Positions 63,052-64,000 of a DNA stretch of 64,000 bases are shown here, in pieces. Made by a program: the position numbers and the translations under genes. Origin of the DNA: Dudresnaya verticillata (lineage: Eukaryota); NCBI GenBank assembly GCA_977862235.1, contig OZ374562.1, positions 1,364,001-1,428,000 on the forward strand. Reading direction: 5' to 3'. The number at the start of each line of letters is the position of its first letter. The first letter of the stretch is position 1. The notes beneath the pieces were generated by a model that was not told the DNA's origin, searched no databases, and saw nothing but the letters and a program-made list of their open reading frames with translations.

Positions 63052-64000
63052 ATGATGTTCCCCCGGTGTGCTTGAATTGACTTTGTATCTTTCATGAAGA
63101 CGTACAGGTACGCAGGGCACGTGAATTGGTACTTCAAAAACGCCTCATGAAACGTTGGAAACGGTAGAAGAGACGTAAAGATAACAACCCACCCCTGGAT
63201 CAACAACCCTTCTTGAGAACCCGACAAGGGCCTTGATCTCCTCATTGCTGAGAAAGTTGTCACAGATGTTGCCTGTGCCTGATTGTGAACTTTTGGTATC
63301 GTAAGGGGGTCCGTAATAAAACGGTTGGACGACATGCTTCCTTCACTATGGACGGAGGAGTAGTACCTCGGCCACATCATCTGCAGACATGTGATTTTCA
63401 TTTGCTCCAGGTAGTCGATTCGCGCGACAATTCCTTTTACTTACCTGCTTTTCCAGTGTTAATTCGTTCTGACTGCAGTATTGATTCAGGTGCGGCGGCT
63501 GCAGTTGCAGTATACCTGTTACCACCAACATCCCCTGTCACGCCCGCCTCAGTACATGCATCTGCCCCCGCTTCTGTATTTGGGTCTGTGCCTTCTCGTA
63601 CTGCTGGTGAATCAATAGACCCCACATGATCTGCCGTTGCAGCAGGACACGGATTCGTTTCGTTTCCTACTGCGAGCTATCCACTCTGATCATCTTCTTG
63701 ACAAACTGAAATCTATTGCTTTTCTGAAGGTTCTTCAGCACTTTCTGGGGCAGAGCGTTCCTCCGGGGTTTCCGTTCGCTGCGATTCCTGAGCCGACATG
63801 ACGATGTTTTCGCGATACTTCTTTAGCTTCTGTGGAGCCTCTTAAGGGCAGTTGTCCCTGTACATCTGCAGTACAGGTTTCAACAGATCATGATCGTTTC
63901 CCCTGTTTATGGATATCTCAACATCCAGTTTCGTGCTCCTTAGCATATTTGAACGCTGTACCATCATGGACGGTGGCCATTCCTTCTGCTCCCGGGCAAA
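63052..64000 (-). pseudogene. Multidomain protein with an N6-adenine/N4-cytosine DNA methyltransferase (DPPY) domain; frameshifted, C-terminus cut by an LTR, N-terminus beyond the window
   Basis: Correcting two homopolymer frameshifts gives FITDPPYDTKSSQSGTGNICDNFLSNEEIKALVGFSRRVVDPG(G)WVVIFTS, the DPPY...RVLxPGG pattern of beta-class amino-MTases. Confidence 0.7.

Overview
This is a eukaryotic, intron-poor and transposon-saturated region. The host is most likely a florideophyte red alga, inferred from the GalEa-type copia, the TE repertoire, the PL7 gene and the Cys-rich gene family. Positions 1-11642 are a near-perfect tandem array of a 3947-bp unit carrying a secreted PL7 alginate lyase gene (3 copies visible, one Gly/Ala SNP seen). 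The array appears to have arisen by unequal crossover between two diverged flanking repeats. At 14.7-22.7 kb a CRE-like (RT + restriction-like endonuclease) retrotransposon is interrupted by a full-length copia and a solo LTR. At 22.8-24.5 kb a Cys-rich secreted repeat gene has a stop at codon 4. At 28-53 kb there is a five-level nest: DIRS > gypsy > GalEa copia > chromovirus remnant with a long antisense ORF > solo LTR, plus a LINE in the same DIRS recombinase gene. At 53.7-64 kb lie related solo LTRs, a decayed MULE transposase and UBA/DEAH gene fragments. The same stretch holds the most interesting signal: decayed prokaryote-like ParB/Srx and DPPY-type (N6A/N4C) DNA methyltransferase modules, which appear to belong to a repeated mobile gene family. 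All calls come from manual motif reading; no searches were run.
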